From the IMG/VR virus record IMGVR_UViG_3300025141_000415, positions 1-33,115 of that record: DNA of 33,115 nucleotides; one strand, written 5' to 3'. Source of the stretch: a virus. Taxonomy: Duplodnaviria > Caudoviricetes. The notes beneath the pieces are model-generated. The model had not been told where the DNA came from, did not search any database, and saw only the letters and a list, made by a program, of their open reading frames with translations. Positions within the stretch are counted from its first letter, which is position 1. Every line of letters begins with the position of its first letter. Shown here piece after piece: positions 17,201 to 25,804 of the stretch. The position numbers and the translations under genes are program-made.

Positions 17201-20200
17201 GGATCCAGTATTGAAATTTATTGAAGAAAATGGCGGTATAGCTAGAACTCCAGAAATTGAGCAGGAGATAAAAAACCGCTTTGAGAACATGGTCGCAACT
17301 AGGCGCTATGTCAATAAAAGCGGTGCTCTTGATTGGGATCAAATGGCAGAGCTATTAAGCACTGAACCAAGCAGCCCACTTTTTGAAAGAGAAGTGACAA
17401 AAGATGACATTTTAGATTATCTTGCCCAAGACTCCGAAACAAAGTTCTCTATAGCCCCACGCACAGACTCGAAAGCTTTTAAAGACTGGTTTGGCGATTC
17501 TAAGGTAGTCAATGAAGACGGCAGCCCGAAAGTTGTTTATCATGGGACTGGTGCTCAATTCAATGAATTTAGTAAAAAAATGATTGGAACAAAATGGGGC
17601 GCTGATGAAAAAGGATTCTTCTTCACTTCAGGGGAAAATATAGCTAAAGAGCATTATTTTGAAGAGGGTGGCAGAGTAATTCCGGCTTATGTATCTTTGC
17701 AAAATCCATTGATTATAAATAAAGATTTTTTGAATAGTGAGGGTATGAGCGACATTGATACTCTCGGTGAAGATACGATAACGTTTTGGGATTCTTACCA
17801 AGGTTTAATTTTGGATGATTGGTTAAAATCTGAACATGATGGTGTTATTGTTGTAGATGAAGTCGGCTTTAATGGTCAAGCAGATTATATGGTGGTGGCC
17901 TTCGAACCAACCCAAATCAAATCCGCCACAGAAAACATTGGCACCTACGACCCAGCCAACCCAGATATAAGATATTCCTTATCTCCAAGATCAGAGCGTG
18001 ACGCGGTTACAGTTCTTGCCAATGCCATTGTTACCGGAAAAGCTAAGACACTAGCACAGCGAGAGCAGATACTTAACTCTTATAAAATCCCATTAGAGAA
18101 TCAAGCGGCTATAAAAGAACGTGCATTTGATATAGCAGAGCAAGTACAAAGCGAAATAGACTCGCTTGAGAATACGCAGACTATACGCAATGCTATCCGT
18201 AAAGCTGAGATTAAACAGTTCTATGATGCTGAGAGAAAAGCTATTCTTGAAAAAGGTATAGAGCAAGGTGAACTGCTTGAGATGGCTAGAGCTAGACTAA
18301 AAGAAGACCGCAAAAAACTAAAAGAAGCGACTAAGCAACAGCAAGAACCATTGCCAAAAATGGACGAAAGAGTGAGGTCTATTAATGATGAAATGGCTAT
18401 GCTTAAAGTTGTTGATGATATTGTCAATGATACACGTAAAAAAGTATTCCCTAAAAAAGAACCTAAGAATTGGCAACGTGATCCAAGAATATTAGGTACT
18501 ATTCGTGAATCTGTTAAATCTGCTGGTAATTATTTATTGAAGAATGTTGCACCGGGAGCAGACAAGCAAAAACTTAAGCAGCAAATAAAAGAACTGTCAG
18601 ATAAAGCCACATACAGAGGTTTGAGAAGTGCGTCAGAAAAAGTACTTAATAATATTTTATCTAAAGCCGAGACAACAACAAGAAAAGAAGTTCAGAATTC
18701 ATTAAAAAGCACTCTTAAAAATTATAGTTCAGAGCCACCAGCTAAAGTAGAAGCTAGAAAAAGAACTATAGAAGGCGATAGGCATTTATTTTTATATCAT
18801 GGCTACAAAGCTATAGGCATGAGTCTTGAGAAATCTCAAGAGAAAATGGAAAGTATAAATGGTGATCTAGAAAGATTGCTAAAAAAGAATGATGCAGGAT
18901 CAGATATCCTTATAGAGGATAAAGAAATCGAATATAGAGCCTATATGACTTTTGGGGGTTTAAGTGACAAAGAAGCCAATATACCAGATATAGTATCAGC
19001 TCAAGAGTACGCAGAAAAAGTAATTGCTGATGGTAAGGCTTTAGTAGAAAAACTACAAAAAGAACATGACGAAAAATACGCAGAGACTAGACAGGCTATA
19101 ATTAGCGCAATTCTAAAAGCTAAGCCATATGTTGAAAAAGTTGACGACCCAAGCAAAATAAGTCAATTGTTTGATTTTTTCAAAACAATGAATGTAAGAG
19201 AGCAATTAGAATATATTACAGAGTACGGATCTGACCAAGAAAAAAGCTTACTGAAAAAAATATTAGACTTTAATGGTACATCTAAGATAAAAAAGAAAAC
19301 ACGCATACTTGAAATGAATCGCAAGCTAGAAAAAGTAGCTCAAGATTTAGGCATAAAAAATATAGAAAATTATGCATTAGATAGAAGTAAGCTTGAAAAG
19401 AAGTTTCGCAAGTATTCACACGAAGGCCGAACGGATATGAGTCGCGCTAATCTTATGCAACTTTATATGACTTTCAGGCAACTGGATGTTATAGAAATGG
19501 CCGCTAGAGTAAATAATGATGGCGAGCTTATCAATCCAGATTTATACAAACGTCTTCAACAAATGCCGGAAATAAGAAAAGAATTAACAGATCAAGAAAT
19601 GCGCTTAGCTGATGCTATGGGCGATTTAATTTCTGAGATGTTACCGGATATAAATAAAGCCTATAAAAAGCAATATGGCATAAATATGAAGATTCAGCCG
19701 GAAAATTATTGGTCTTTAAGAGTTCAAGTAAAAAGCGCTGGATATGAATCTGTCATGGCTACTGTTTCAGAAGCTCCGGGATTTACTATACAGCGTGTAG
19801 CTCATAAAAATGATTTAGACGAAAGAGCAGATATATTCGAAGTTTTCTATGGTCATGTATCAGACGCAGCACATTATATAGAAACAATTGATAGTCAATT
19901 AGCTATACGTAGCACTTTAACAAATCGCAATTTTAAAGAAGCGGTTAGGCAAACATACGGAAAGGAAACTCTAAAACAAGTAGATGGTTCTATAGTAGAT
20001 ATGGCTATAGATCGTGCTTTAAATCCTGATAAGGGTATTGCTATTATTGATTTTGTGCGTTCTATCATGAGTACTATTTCAATCGGATATAACCCTAAAT
20101 CTTGGTTAGTTACTGCTACTGGTGCCGTAAATATCTTTACTACTCATAAGGGTATGTTCCGCACTATCGGGGCTATATCGAAAAATCCAGACCAATATAA

Positions 20201-21038
20201 AAAGAATATATCAACTGTTTTAAATTCGGCAGTAGTCCAAGAAAGGTTAAAGCAAGGTTTAAACGAGCAAATGAGAAACGCTCGTGAAAGAGCTAAAGCA
20301 AATAAAGCGGTTAAAAAATATGTTGATATGGGTTTTCATCCTTTATCATGGGTAGATTCAAGAGTAGCTGCTTTAGCTGGTGGGGCTATTTATACAGAGT
20401 TCCAAAATTCAGAAGCAGCAGCGGGATTAACTCCACAAGAAATAGAAACGCAAGGTTTAGCGTTAGTAGATTACGCTATACAAAAAGCTTACCAACCTAC
20501 AGACCCTGACATGTTACCTTCTGCTATAAGACGTGGCGGTTCAGTGATAAAAGCAATATTCCAATTTATGACAGAGCCCATGTCTAAATTAGGTTTATAT
20601 GCTAAAGATTGGAATGCAGCAAAAGTTATGTGGCAAAAAGGCAAAAAAGATGAGGCAGTTAAAAAGGCACTTAAAATAGTTATAGGCCAGCATATAATAG
20701 TTCCCGCAGCCTACTGGATGGCAGGTGAAATTATGCGCTTAGGTGAGGATGACGACTGGGAAGAGAGATTGGATAGATTGGCTGTTCATATTATGGTTGG
20801 CCCTATGTCAGGGTTACTTATAGTAGGTACAGGTTTAGATATTGCAGCTAAACACATAGTAGGAGAAAAAATATATTTAGGATCTTCTACACCTTCAGAT
20901 AGAGTTATTAACGAAGTTAAATTTTTATTAGACCGTGCCACTAATTGGGAAGATGAAGAAATTGACGAAAAAATATTAAAAATAATTAAACAATATAATC
21001 CTGCTGTAAAAAACACTTTAAAAATAATAGAAGATTAA
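14277..21038 (+). CDS. Giant internal virion / polyvalent protein with metallopeptidase and ADP-ribosyltransferase-like domains
   Basis: 2253 aa at the gp16 position. HEFGH at 16455-16469. FKDWFGDSKVV...VVYHGT...GFFFT...YVSLQNP...HDGV...FEPTQIKS at ~17460-17980. Confidence 0.85.
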   Translation: MEIAPYSLPQPLPEPLFDSGTPEEQPRQQLPEMEIDVDALMSDINSFSGDPEEARVLTNLYIGHKIGTIPKPEDYNANVNSYMYSGAADNDPIKNLEHIRRGFAPEEDKAYTQLQDFEALTPEEQWDRIKAPFEVGRGVAIGATMPAMIPQQYQQEVFVSEADKKKHINSHINKLRNSSQTWKLQQGKGFSDKARNMVNKMVMTKQPPNLFTYMSLSERERNNFFIYASGRNPKYDVGFFESLGGTISQAAVDIKDSFKKTGESIVRSHLGVEDPEEFFLRFNAKFGDTFNAESVTDDKRKEIRNWVLDQIQPTVEEGDALSIGEAYSQKTYDTTDMIMNQFEEHLEIGAQSRMQKKLEAKAKAATRHNYKTGLVGDALLTATEMGMDLGAVAALSVGTLGMGGMAYSAGRFFGDYEDSLLDAGVDPDKAKATALLTSIPYVLVEQLQAGQVFGKQFKGVANKIVDDLDIGKIATNAIKNSSNPKISKIATGARITADYVDNVSAELVEEIAQEVFSEVGKHSAIEGYELEESIGNVIETAKEAFKGLVVLGVGTPAYRGIKGEYNGDFIEQDISDTIEGTFTPLTRQEEEAIGLGDLRAEEYQEAEDKDAYLEEMGYNERQRELIHATQDIEQEEIQQRVGQLDAQEAQELKAPTTGVEALRAMTQRFEPFANIKEEGDGLRITTDKGFDFAVKFNGDIGGDFGTSDPRLATINLSEKSGLPTFNHEFGHMIRDMGGVTDTEWKSVVKIARESLGAEEVAKIIAKNKEGYEARGIKFTDDIKDHEIFANALEEWTLTGDVPVDARGALQKFLDFIKDMLAQYIGGSQSGQRVISDIQSGKILERKPLGRAKQKMERAAKRREEERDFAKVRKERLFIEEALTEAEANNKELVSAIEALSRLEQAPDFVKQKLSTQERIDQATGIVRPTEDMRPEDFITGDEIIESELPGDFFQDKAEGAGISPEELYGFGETIQDPVLKFIEENGGIARTPEIEQEIKNRFENMVATRRYVNKSGALDWDQMAELLSTEPSSPLFEREVTKDDILDYLAQDSETKFSIAPRTDSKAFKDWFGDSKVVNEDGSPKVVYHGTGAQFNEFSKKMIGTKWGADEKGFFFTSGENIAKEHYFEEGGRVIPAYVSLQNPLIINKDFLNSEGMSDIDTLGEDTITFWDSYQGLILDDWLKSEHDGVIVVDEVGFNGQADYMVVAFEPTQIKSATENIGTYDPANPDIRYSLSPRSERDAVTVLANAIVTGKAKTLAQREQILNSYKIPLENQAAIKERAFDIAEQVQSEIDSLENTQTIRNAIRKAEIKQFYDAERKAILEKGIEQGELLEMARARLKEDRKKLKEATKQQQEPLPKMDERVRSINDEMAMLKVVDDIVNDTRKKVFPKKEPKNWQRDPRILGTIRESVKSAGNYLLKNVAPGADKQKLKQQIKELSDKATYRGLRSASEKVLNNILSKAETTTRKEVQNSLKSTLKNYSSEPPAKVEARKRTIEGDRHLFLYHGYKAIGMSLEKSQEKMESINGDLERLLKKNDAGSDILIEDKEIEYRAYMTFGGLSDKEANIPDIVSAQEYAEKVIADGKALVEKLQKEHDEKYAETRQAIISAILKAKPYVEKVDDPSKISQLFDFFKTMNVREQLEYITEYGSDQEKSLLKKILDFNGTSKIKKKTRILEMNRKLEKVAQDLGIKNIENYALDRSKLEKKFRKYSHEGRTDMSRANLMQLYMTFRQLDVIEMAARVNNDGELINPDLYKRLQQMPEIRKELTDQEMRLADAMGDLISEMLPDINKAYKKQYGINMKIQPENYWSLRVQVKSAGYESVMATVSEAPGFTIQRVAHKNDLDERADIFEVFYGHVSDAAHYIETIDSQLAIRSTLTNRNFKEAVRQTYGKETLKQVDGSIVDMAIDRALNPDKGIAIIDFVRSIMSTISIGYNPKSWLVTATGAVNIFTTHKGMFRTIGAISKNPDQYKKNISTVLNSAVVQERLKQGLNEQMRNARERAKANKAVKKYVDMGFHPLSWVDSRVAALAGGAIYTEFQNSEAAAGLTPQEIETQGLALVDYAIQKAYQPTDPDMLPSAIRRGGSVIKAIFQFMTEPMSKLGLYAKDWNAAKVMWQKGKKDEAVKKALKIVIGQHIIVPAAYWMAGEIMRLGEDDDWEERLDRLAVHIMVGPMSGLLIVGTGLDIAAKHIVGEKIYLGSSTPSDRVINEVKFLLDRATNWEDEEIDEKILKIIKQYNPAVKNTLKIIED

Positions 21039-21079
21039 CAGTTTTAGAAGTACAATAAAAAAACGGAGAATTTACGCAA

Positions 21080-23254
21080 ATGTCACAGCCAGATAATTAT
21101 GAACCTCAAAGCGTTACAGGTACAACCGCGTCACTGGAAGTTGTCTTGCCTTGGACATTTGACGGGATCAATGAACTTGCTATTATTCAAACAGATGGCA
21201 CCACAGTAGTTCAATTTTCAAATAATGATTTTAATGCGTTTGTTGTTGACCAGACTGTAACAGTTGAAAACTTTTTTGGCGATGGCAATACAACCACTAT
21301 AACTGTTTCAAGAGATACAAAGAAGACGCAAGAGTTTACGCAGTCTGAAGAAAACCCTCTTGACTCTGCTGCGCTTAATGCGTCCCTTGACAAAATAGTT
21401 AGAATGATTCAAGACACAGCATATAAAACTGATCTCCTTGTTGATGATAGTTTATTTGGTGATATAGCTAATTTATTAGCCACTGCAATCACTTCAGATG
21501 ATCCTTTTGATATTCCGACGAAAGATAACAGAAAAAGTGTCTGGTTAGGTTTTGATGAAGAAGGGCAGTTATTTTTAGGCGTACCAAGTAATGTGGCGCC
21601 ACCGGGCGGCCCAGTAAATCCTGAAGACTTTTTAACAGTAGTAACAGATATTAAAGTAGTTACTGGAACAAGTTATACTTTATTGGATTCTGATTCTGGT
21701 AAGTTTATTATCTTTACAAATGTTGCGGACGTTACAGTAACAAGCCCTAGTGATCTCACATTGGGCCACCAAGTAATGTATCTTAAAAAAGCTGCTGATA
21801 ATGAAATAATTCACGTTGCGGATACTGGGGCAGAGCATGTAAATGATATCCCAGTTGTTGCAAGTAAACAGTATGCGTGGTATTCACATGTTGTTTTTGA
21901 AAATACTGGCGGCAATGCAGCTAAGTATAGATTCATTGGTGAGGTTGACACAGTAGACACTAATAATAATGAATTAGTATCTAGAACAATTACCATACCT
22001 AATGGTTCGACTGGGGCAGATGCACAAGCCCTAATAAATGCCGCAGGAAAATACCTAAGTGAGGGAGTAGAGCTAAAGATAGTATTTGAAGATACTACGT
22101 TAATTTTAACAGAAGCATTACTAATATCAGATTTCACAGGCCCGGGCATACTCACGGTCGAATCATTAACGCCTGCTCCACAAGACACAACCACAGCTAG
22201 ACCAGTTGTGATAACTAATTCTAACACCCCATTAGCTTCAGAGTATGCCGACCCTACTGACTATATAAACCAATTAAATTGGACTGCCTATTCTGCCAAC
22301 TCTTGTATGTTTATATCTGGTAATACATGTTCACAAGTTAGCCTTAGAGGTTTCTCTTTTAGCTCAAAAGTATTCCCTTTAGTTGTGACAGCTAACTCCG
22401 CAGCTATGGATATTAGATATAATTTCTTCAATCAAATTAGTGCGTTTACTTTGGCTGAATATAGCGTAGCTGCTAGTTTAAAAATCAATGGCGGCATGGT
22501 GTATACTTTCCAGAATAAATACACCACAGATACAGACACTAATGGCCTTTTACTTCATGGTTGCCAAATGCAATTAAATCAGCCTGCCGGAGCTGGCAGT
22601 AGGCTAGTGGTCGGTGGCAGTGGAGCTTCAGTCGCGTATGATGCTGGAACTTTTACACCTTCAGTTGAGTTATACGAAATGGACGGTTTTTGGACTCCAG
22701 AATCAGAAGATGGATCATCTAGCCCAGTTGTTGATCGTATTAGAGTTATCGGCAATGCTATAAACGGAACAACCGAATTAACATCCGCCACAGCGGTGGC
22801 CACTGTCAATGGTGCCACGTTTAGTACAATAGGTGGTTTCACTACTTCTTGGGTTGCGCCTTTTACTGCTTTTGGCCTCCTAACAGAATCAAATACAAGA
22901 AGCATTGAAATATATCAAAGACTACACCTAGAGCAAGGGGCTGGTGATGGTGATGAAGATACATATCTTATAGAAACAGAAATTGATTTTGTTAATAATC
23001 AAATAGATAGCACTTGTTATGGCACTGCTGGTTCTAATCGCGTAACATCATATGCTTTGAGTACACCTATATTAGCTGGAAGTAACACATATGTTTTTTC
23101 ACCAGTAGGTAATAATAATCCTACTTATAGTCCAAATGCACCTTCAATAACTTTCGACGGTACTACCAAACAAGTTACTGGATTACCTTGGATAACTACA
23201 CAAGAGGGCGCAGTTCAATATGGTTGTAAGCTTGAATACTGGGTAAGAAAATAA
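21080..23254 (+). CDS. Tail fibre / tailspike
   Basis: T7 gp17-like N-terminal anchor (ITVSRDT...LNASLDKIVRMIQD), TSYTLLDSDSGK domain and beta-rich remainder. Confidence 0.8.
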   Translation: MSQPDNYEPQSVTGTTASLEVVLPWTFDGINELAIIQTDGTTVVQFSNNDFNAFVVDQTVTVENFFGDGNTTTITVSRDTKKTQEFTQSEENPLDSAALNASLDKIVRMIQDTAYKTDLLVDDSLFGDIANLLATAITSDDPFDIPTKDNRKSVWLGFDEEGQLFLGVPSNVAPPGGPVNPEDFLTVVTDIKVVTGTSYTLLDSDSGKFIIFTNVADVTVTSPSDLTLGHQVMYLKKAADNEIIHVADTGAEHVNDIPVVASKQYAWYSHVVFENTGGNAAKYRFIGEVDTVDTNNNELVSRTITIPNGSTGADAQALINAAGKYLSEGVELKIVFEDTTLILTEALLISDFTGPGILTVESLTPAPQDTTTARPVVITNSNTPLASEYADPTDYINQLNWTAYSANSCMFISGNTCSQVSLRGFSFSSKVFPLVVTANSAAMDIRYNFFNQISAFTLAEYSVAASLKINGGMVYTFQNKYTTDTDTNGLLLHGCQMQLNQPAGAGSRLVVGGSGASVAYDAGTFTPSVELYEMDGFWTPESEDGSSSPVVDRIRVIGNAINGTTELTSATAVATVNGATFSTIGGFTTSWVAPFTAFGLLTESNTRSIEIYQRLHLEQGAGDGDEDTYLIETEIDFVNNQIDSTCYGTAGSNRVTSYALSTPILAGSNTYVFSPVGNNNPTYSPNAPSITFDGTTKQVTGLPWITTQEGAVQYGCKLEYWVRK

Positions 23255-24027
23255 TGTTTTACCCACACACAATAAAGGGCCAGCCGTTTCCAAGATTGGA
23301 TCAAATTGCATCTGCTGAACTTCCAGTTAGTACAGCTAATTCAAATGGTAGCACCCAGTATTTTACGGTAGGTAGTAACCCTGCCTTAGATCTTGATGAT
23401 GGCAATAAGTCTCATGGAATGTGGTTTAAGACTACGGATACTGGGCATAAGTACCTAATGGCCAAAACTCAAGAAAAGCCACACAATGACTATTGGGATA
23501 TAACATTAAGATATGGATCGGTAAGTGTTCGAGTAATTGAAAATGACGAAGCAAATACAAGAAGATACGACACCAACAACACTTATAATGATGGGGCATG
23601 GCATTCATTAGTAGTTGTATGGAATGGATTCGGCACTTTTACAATTTATGTAGATGGCGTATCTGTAGCAGTTACAGCGGTCAACAGTGACGCTATAGCA
23701 GGTCCTATTTCTAATAGTGAGTTATTTAGTATAGGCGCGTCAGCTACTGGAACTACAGCGCCTATGCTTGGCACATATGGCTTTGTCGGTGTTTGGGATT
23801 CTAATTTAAGTGCTAGTGCTGCGGCAGATTTCCACAATAGTGGCAATTCATTATGCTATACTAATTTGCCTCCTTCATTAACTTCGACTTTGGTGGAGTA
23901 TTGGCATCTTGCAGAGTTTGTTGGTCACACCTCAGATAAATTAACTGGACAGCATTCGTCTCTAAATGCCACCAATATAGGTTCAACGCCATTTACTGGA
24001 AGTGGTTTATTAATTAAATGCTCATAA
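23254..24027 (+). CDS. LamG / concanavalin A-like virion-associated protein
   Basis: MWFKT, NDGAWHSLVVVW, TIYVDG, FSIGA, VGVWDSNLS and LVEYW. Confidence 0.8.
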   Translation: MFYPHTIKGQPFPRLDQIASAELPVSTANSNGSTQYFTVGSNPALDLDDGNKSHGMWFKTTDTGHKYLMAKTQEKPHNDYWDITLRYGSVSVRVIENDEANTRRYDTNNTYNDGAWHSLVVVWNGFGTFTIYVDGVSVAVTAVNSDAIAGPISNSELFSIGASATGTTAPMLGTYGFVGVWDSNLSASAAADFHNSGNSLCYTNLPPSLTSTLVEYWHLAEFVGHTSDKLTGQHSSLNATNIGSTPFTGSGLLIKCS

Positions 24028-24059
24028 TGTAAATTAAATAAAACTAACGAGGAATAAAG

Positions 24060-24317
24060 ATGTCACTAACACCGGGGAAAGATAACTCAGTCCACAACAT
24101 GCATGGTACAATATATGAGAAAGTTGTTTCAGCTCCATATACATATCATTGCCATGCAGCAATTAGTTCACAAGCTAAATTAGCTAATCCAGTTTGGACA
24201 ATATGGCGTGAACACGATGACGGCAATATAACATGCCCTACTGACGGCACCAATCCTACACCAGATGGCAATATAGCCACTGACCCAACTATATTAACTT
24301 ACTGGGCAACGGCATAA
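24060..24317 (+). CDS. Hypothetical protein (tail-associated region)
   Basis: GAGGA SD; ORF track. Confidence 0.65.
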   Translation: MSLTPGKDNSVHNMHGTIYEKVVSAPYTYHCHAAISSQAKLANPVWTIWREHDDGNITCPTDGTNPTPDGNIATDPTILTYWATA

Positions 24318-24318
24318 A

Positions 24319-25011
24319 ATGAGCGTATATAATCTTCGCCCTTATATAGGTGTCTCGCCCTTGGTCGGTGGTTATATACAACCGCCCTATAACAATGGCG
24401 CTATCCAAAGAAACTTTACAACTCTTGATAGTACATTCGGTATGTATTATTCAATTCCTATTTATACTATGTCGGCTGGTGATACCGTAGAGTTTATCTA
24501 TCTCGCGCCCTTGGCTATAACTTCAGGGACAAATGAAATTATAGGTGGGGACATTACTGGCGCTAATGATGCGCGGTTTAATATGTTGGGGGCAGGAACC
24601 TTTGCAGATGCCGGATTTAATAATACTTTCCTTCTTGATGGCGTATCGACATCAACATCGGCAATATACCCGACGGACGGTAAATTACATAGCGTCAAGC
24701 TCACATCTAACAGTACATTAGCTATAACAACTTTAGGAGCAAGGCAAAATAATACAGGTTATTACGATGGCATTTTATACGATGTGATAATACGCAATTC
24801 TTCCAATGTAATACAGAGGGAGTATCGAATTAATGAAACTTGGGCGGGGCCTTCAACTACTCTTATTGACCATAGCGGCAACAACCAACACGGTACAGCC
24901 GTTAATATCGACACTGATGATAGTGAGAATTTTACATTTAATGGGAATGTTAGTCCTAATACTTGGACTAATGACGGGGCCACCAAAGTAATAGAGATAG
25001 CGGGCACATAA
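24319..25011 (+). CDS. Beta-sandwich, lectin-like tail-associated protein
   Basis: DGKLHSV, LGAR...YYDGILYDV and LIDHSGNNQHGT resemble a degenerate LamG. Confidence 0.6.
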   Translation: MSVYNLRPYIGVSPLVGGYIQPPYNNGAIQRNFTTLDSTFGMYYSIPIYTMSAGDTVEFIYLAPLAITSGTNEIIGGDITGANDARFNMLGAGTFADAGFNNTFLLDGVSTSTSAIYPTDGKLHSVKLTSNSTLAITTLGARQNNTGYYDGILYDVIIRNSSNVIQREYRINETWAGPSTTLIDHSGNNQHGTAVNIDTDDSENFTFNGNVSPNTWTNDGATKVIEIAGT

Positions 25012-25466
25012 TGGAAAAAATTTGTACATTAATAGCAATACCAGACGAGATTATAGAGGGATCGACTTATGATATTCTTAATAAGCGATGGCCTAATGCA
25101 GCTTGCCATGACGGTATTAATAAAGTGTTCAACGGTTATGACGGTGACGCGGATACTTATTTAATTGTTGCTGATGAGTTCAAAGAGGTTGAGGGGGAAA
25201 GTAATTATATAGGAAGGCTTGTTGTTTTTTTAGCTCCTATATTATTTGCTGATGATAGAACATTGCCAATACATATACTAAAACCTATTATGAGTCAGTT
25301 ATTTAGGCATCCAGCTTACCGTATTTTTTGTGGTAATTATGAAACTGTTGAAGAGTTAAATATTGATTATAGATTAGTCTTTGGTGTTGATGTCGATGAT
25401 TCAAAAGATTTAGAGACATTAAATGCAGAGTCAAGAGATATGTTAAAACTAGTTTTGGGAGGTTAA
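25011..25466 (+). CDS. Hypothetical protein
   Basis: TAATG coupling to the previous gene; 151 aa. Confidence 0.65.
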   Translation: MEKICTLIAIPDEIIEGSTYDILNKRWPNAACHDGINKVFNGYDGDADTYLIVADEFKEVEGESNYIGRLVVFLAPILFADDRTLPIHILKPIMSQLFRHPAYRIFCGNYETVEELNIDYRLVFGVDVDDSKDLETLNAESRDMLKLVLGG

Positions 25467-25470
25467 TTAA

Positions 25471-25803
25471 ATGGCACAAAAACGCCTTCAAGACGGGGCC
25501 AACGCTTCTATACCTGCAATACAAATTACTTTGCGCCAGATAGTGAAGGCGGCTAATGCTAATGCGGCAGAAATAGACGCTAGTTTAAAAGATTGGGGAT
25601 ATTACACCAATAACGTAGAATACACAGGCACAGAGACAATTATTGCAGCAGGTACAGTTTTGGAATGCACACTTGGAACTAATACACTTTATAGATTCAT
25701 AAATGGCACTAATAACGCCAATGGCTACCCTATAGAGGATTCTTTTTATAGTGACTTCGATGGCATAAACTTAACTAATCTTATAGTTACAAGGGGCGCA
25801 TAG
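25471..25803 (+). CDS. Hypothetical protein (possible tail accessory)
   Basis: GGAGG SD; 110 aa. Confidence 0.65.
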   Translation: MAQKRLQDGANASIPAIQITLRQIVKAANANAAEIDASLKDWGYYTNNVEYTGTETIIAAGTVLECTLGTNTLYRFINGTNNANGYPIEDSFYSDFDGINLTNLIVTRGA

Positions 25804-25804
25804 T

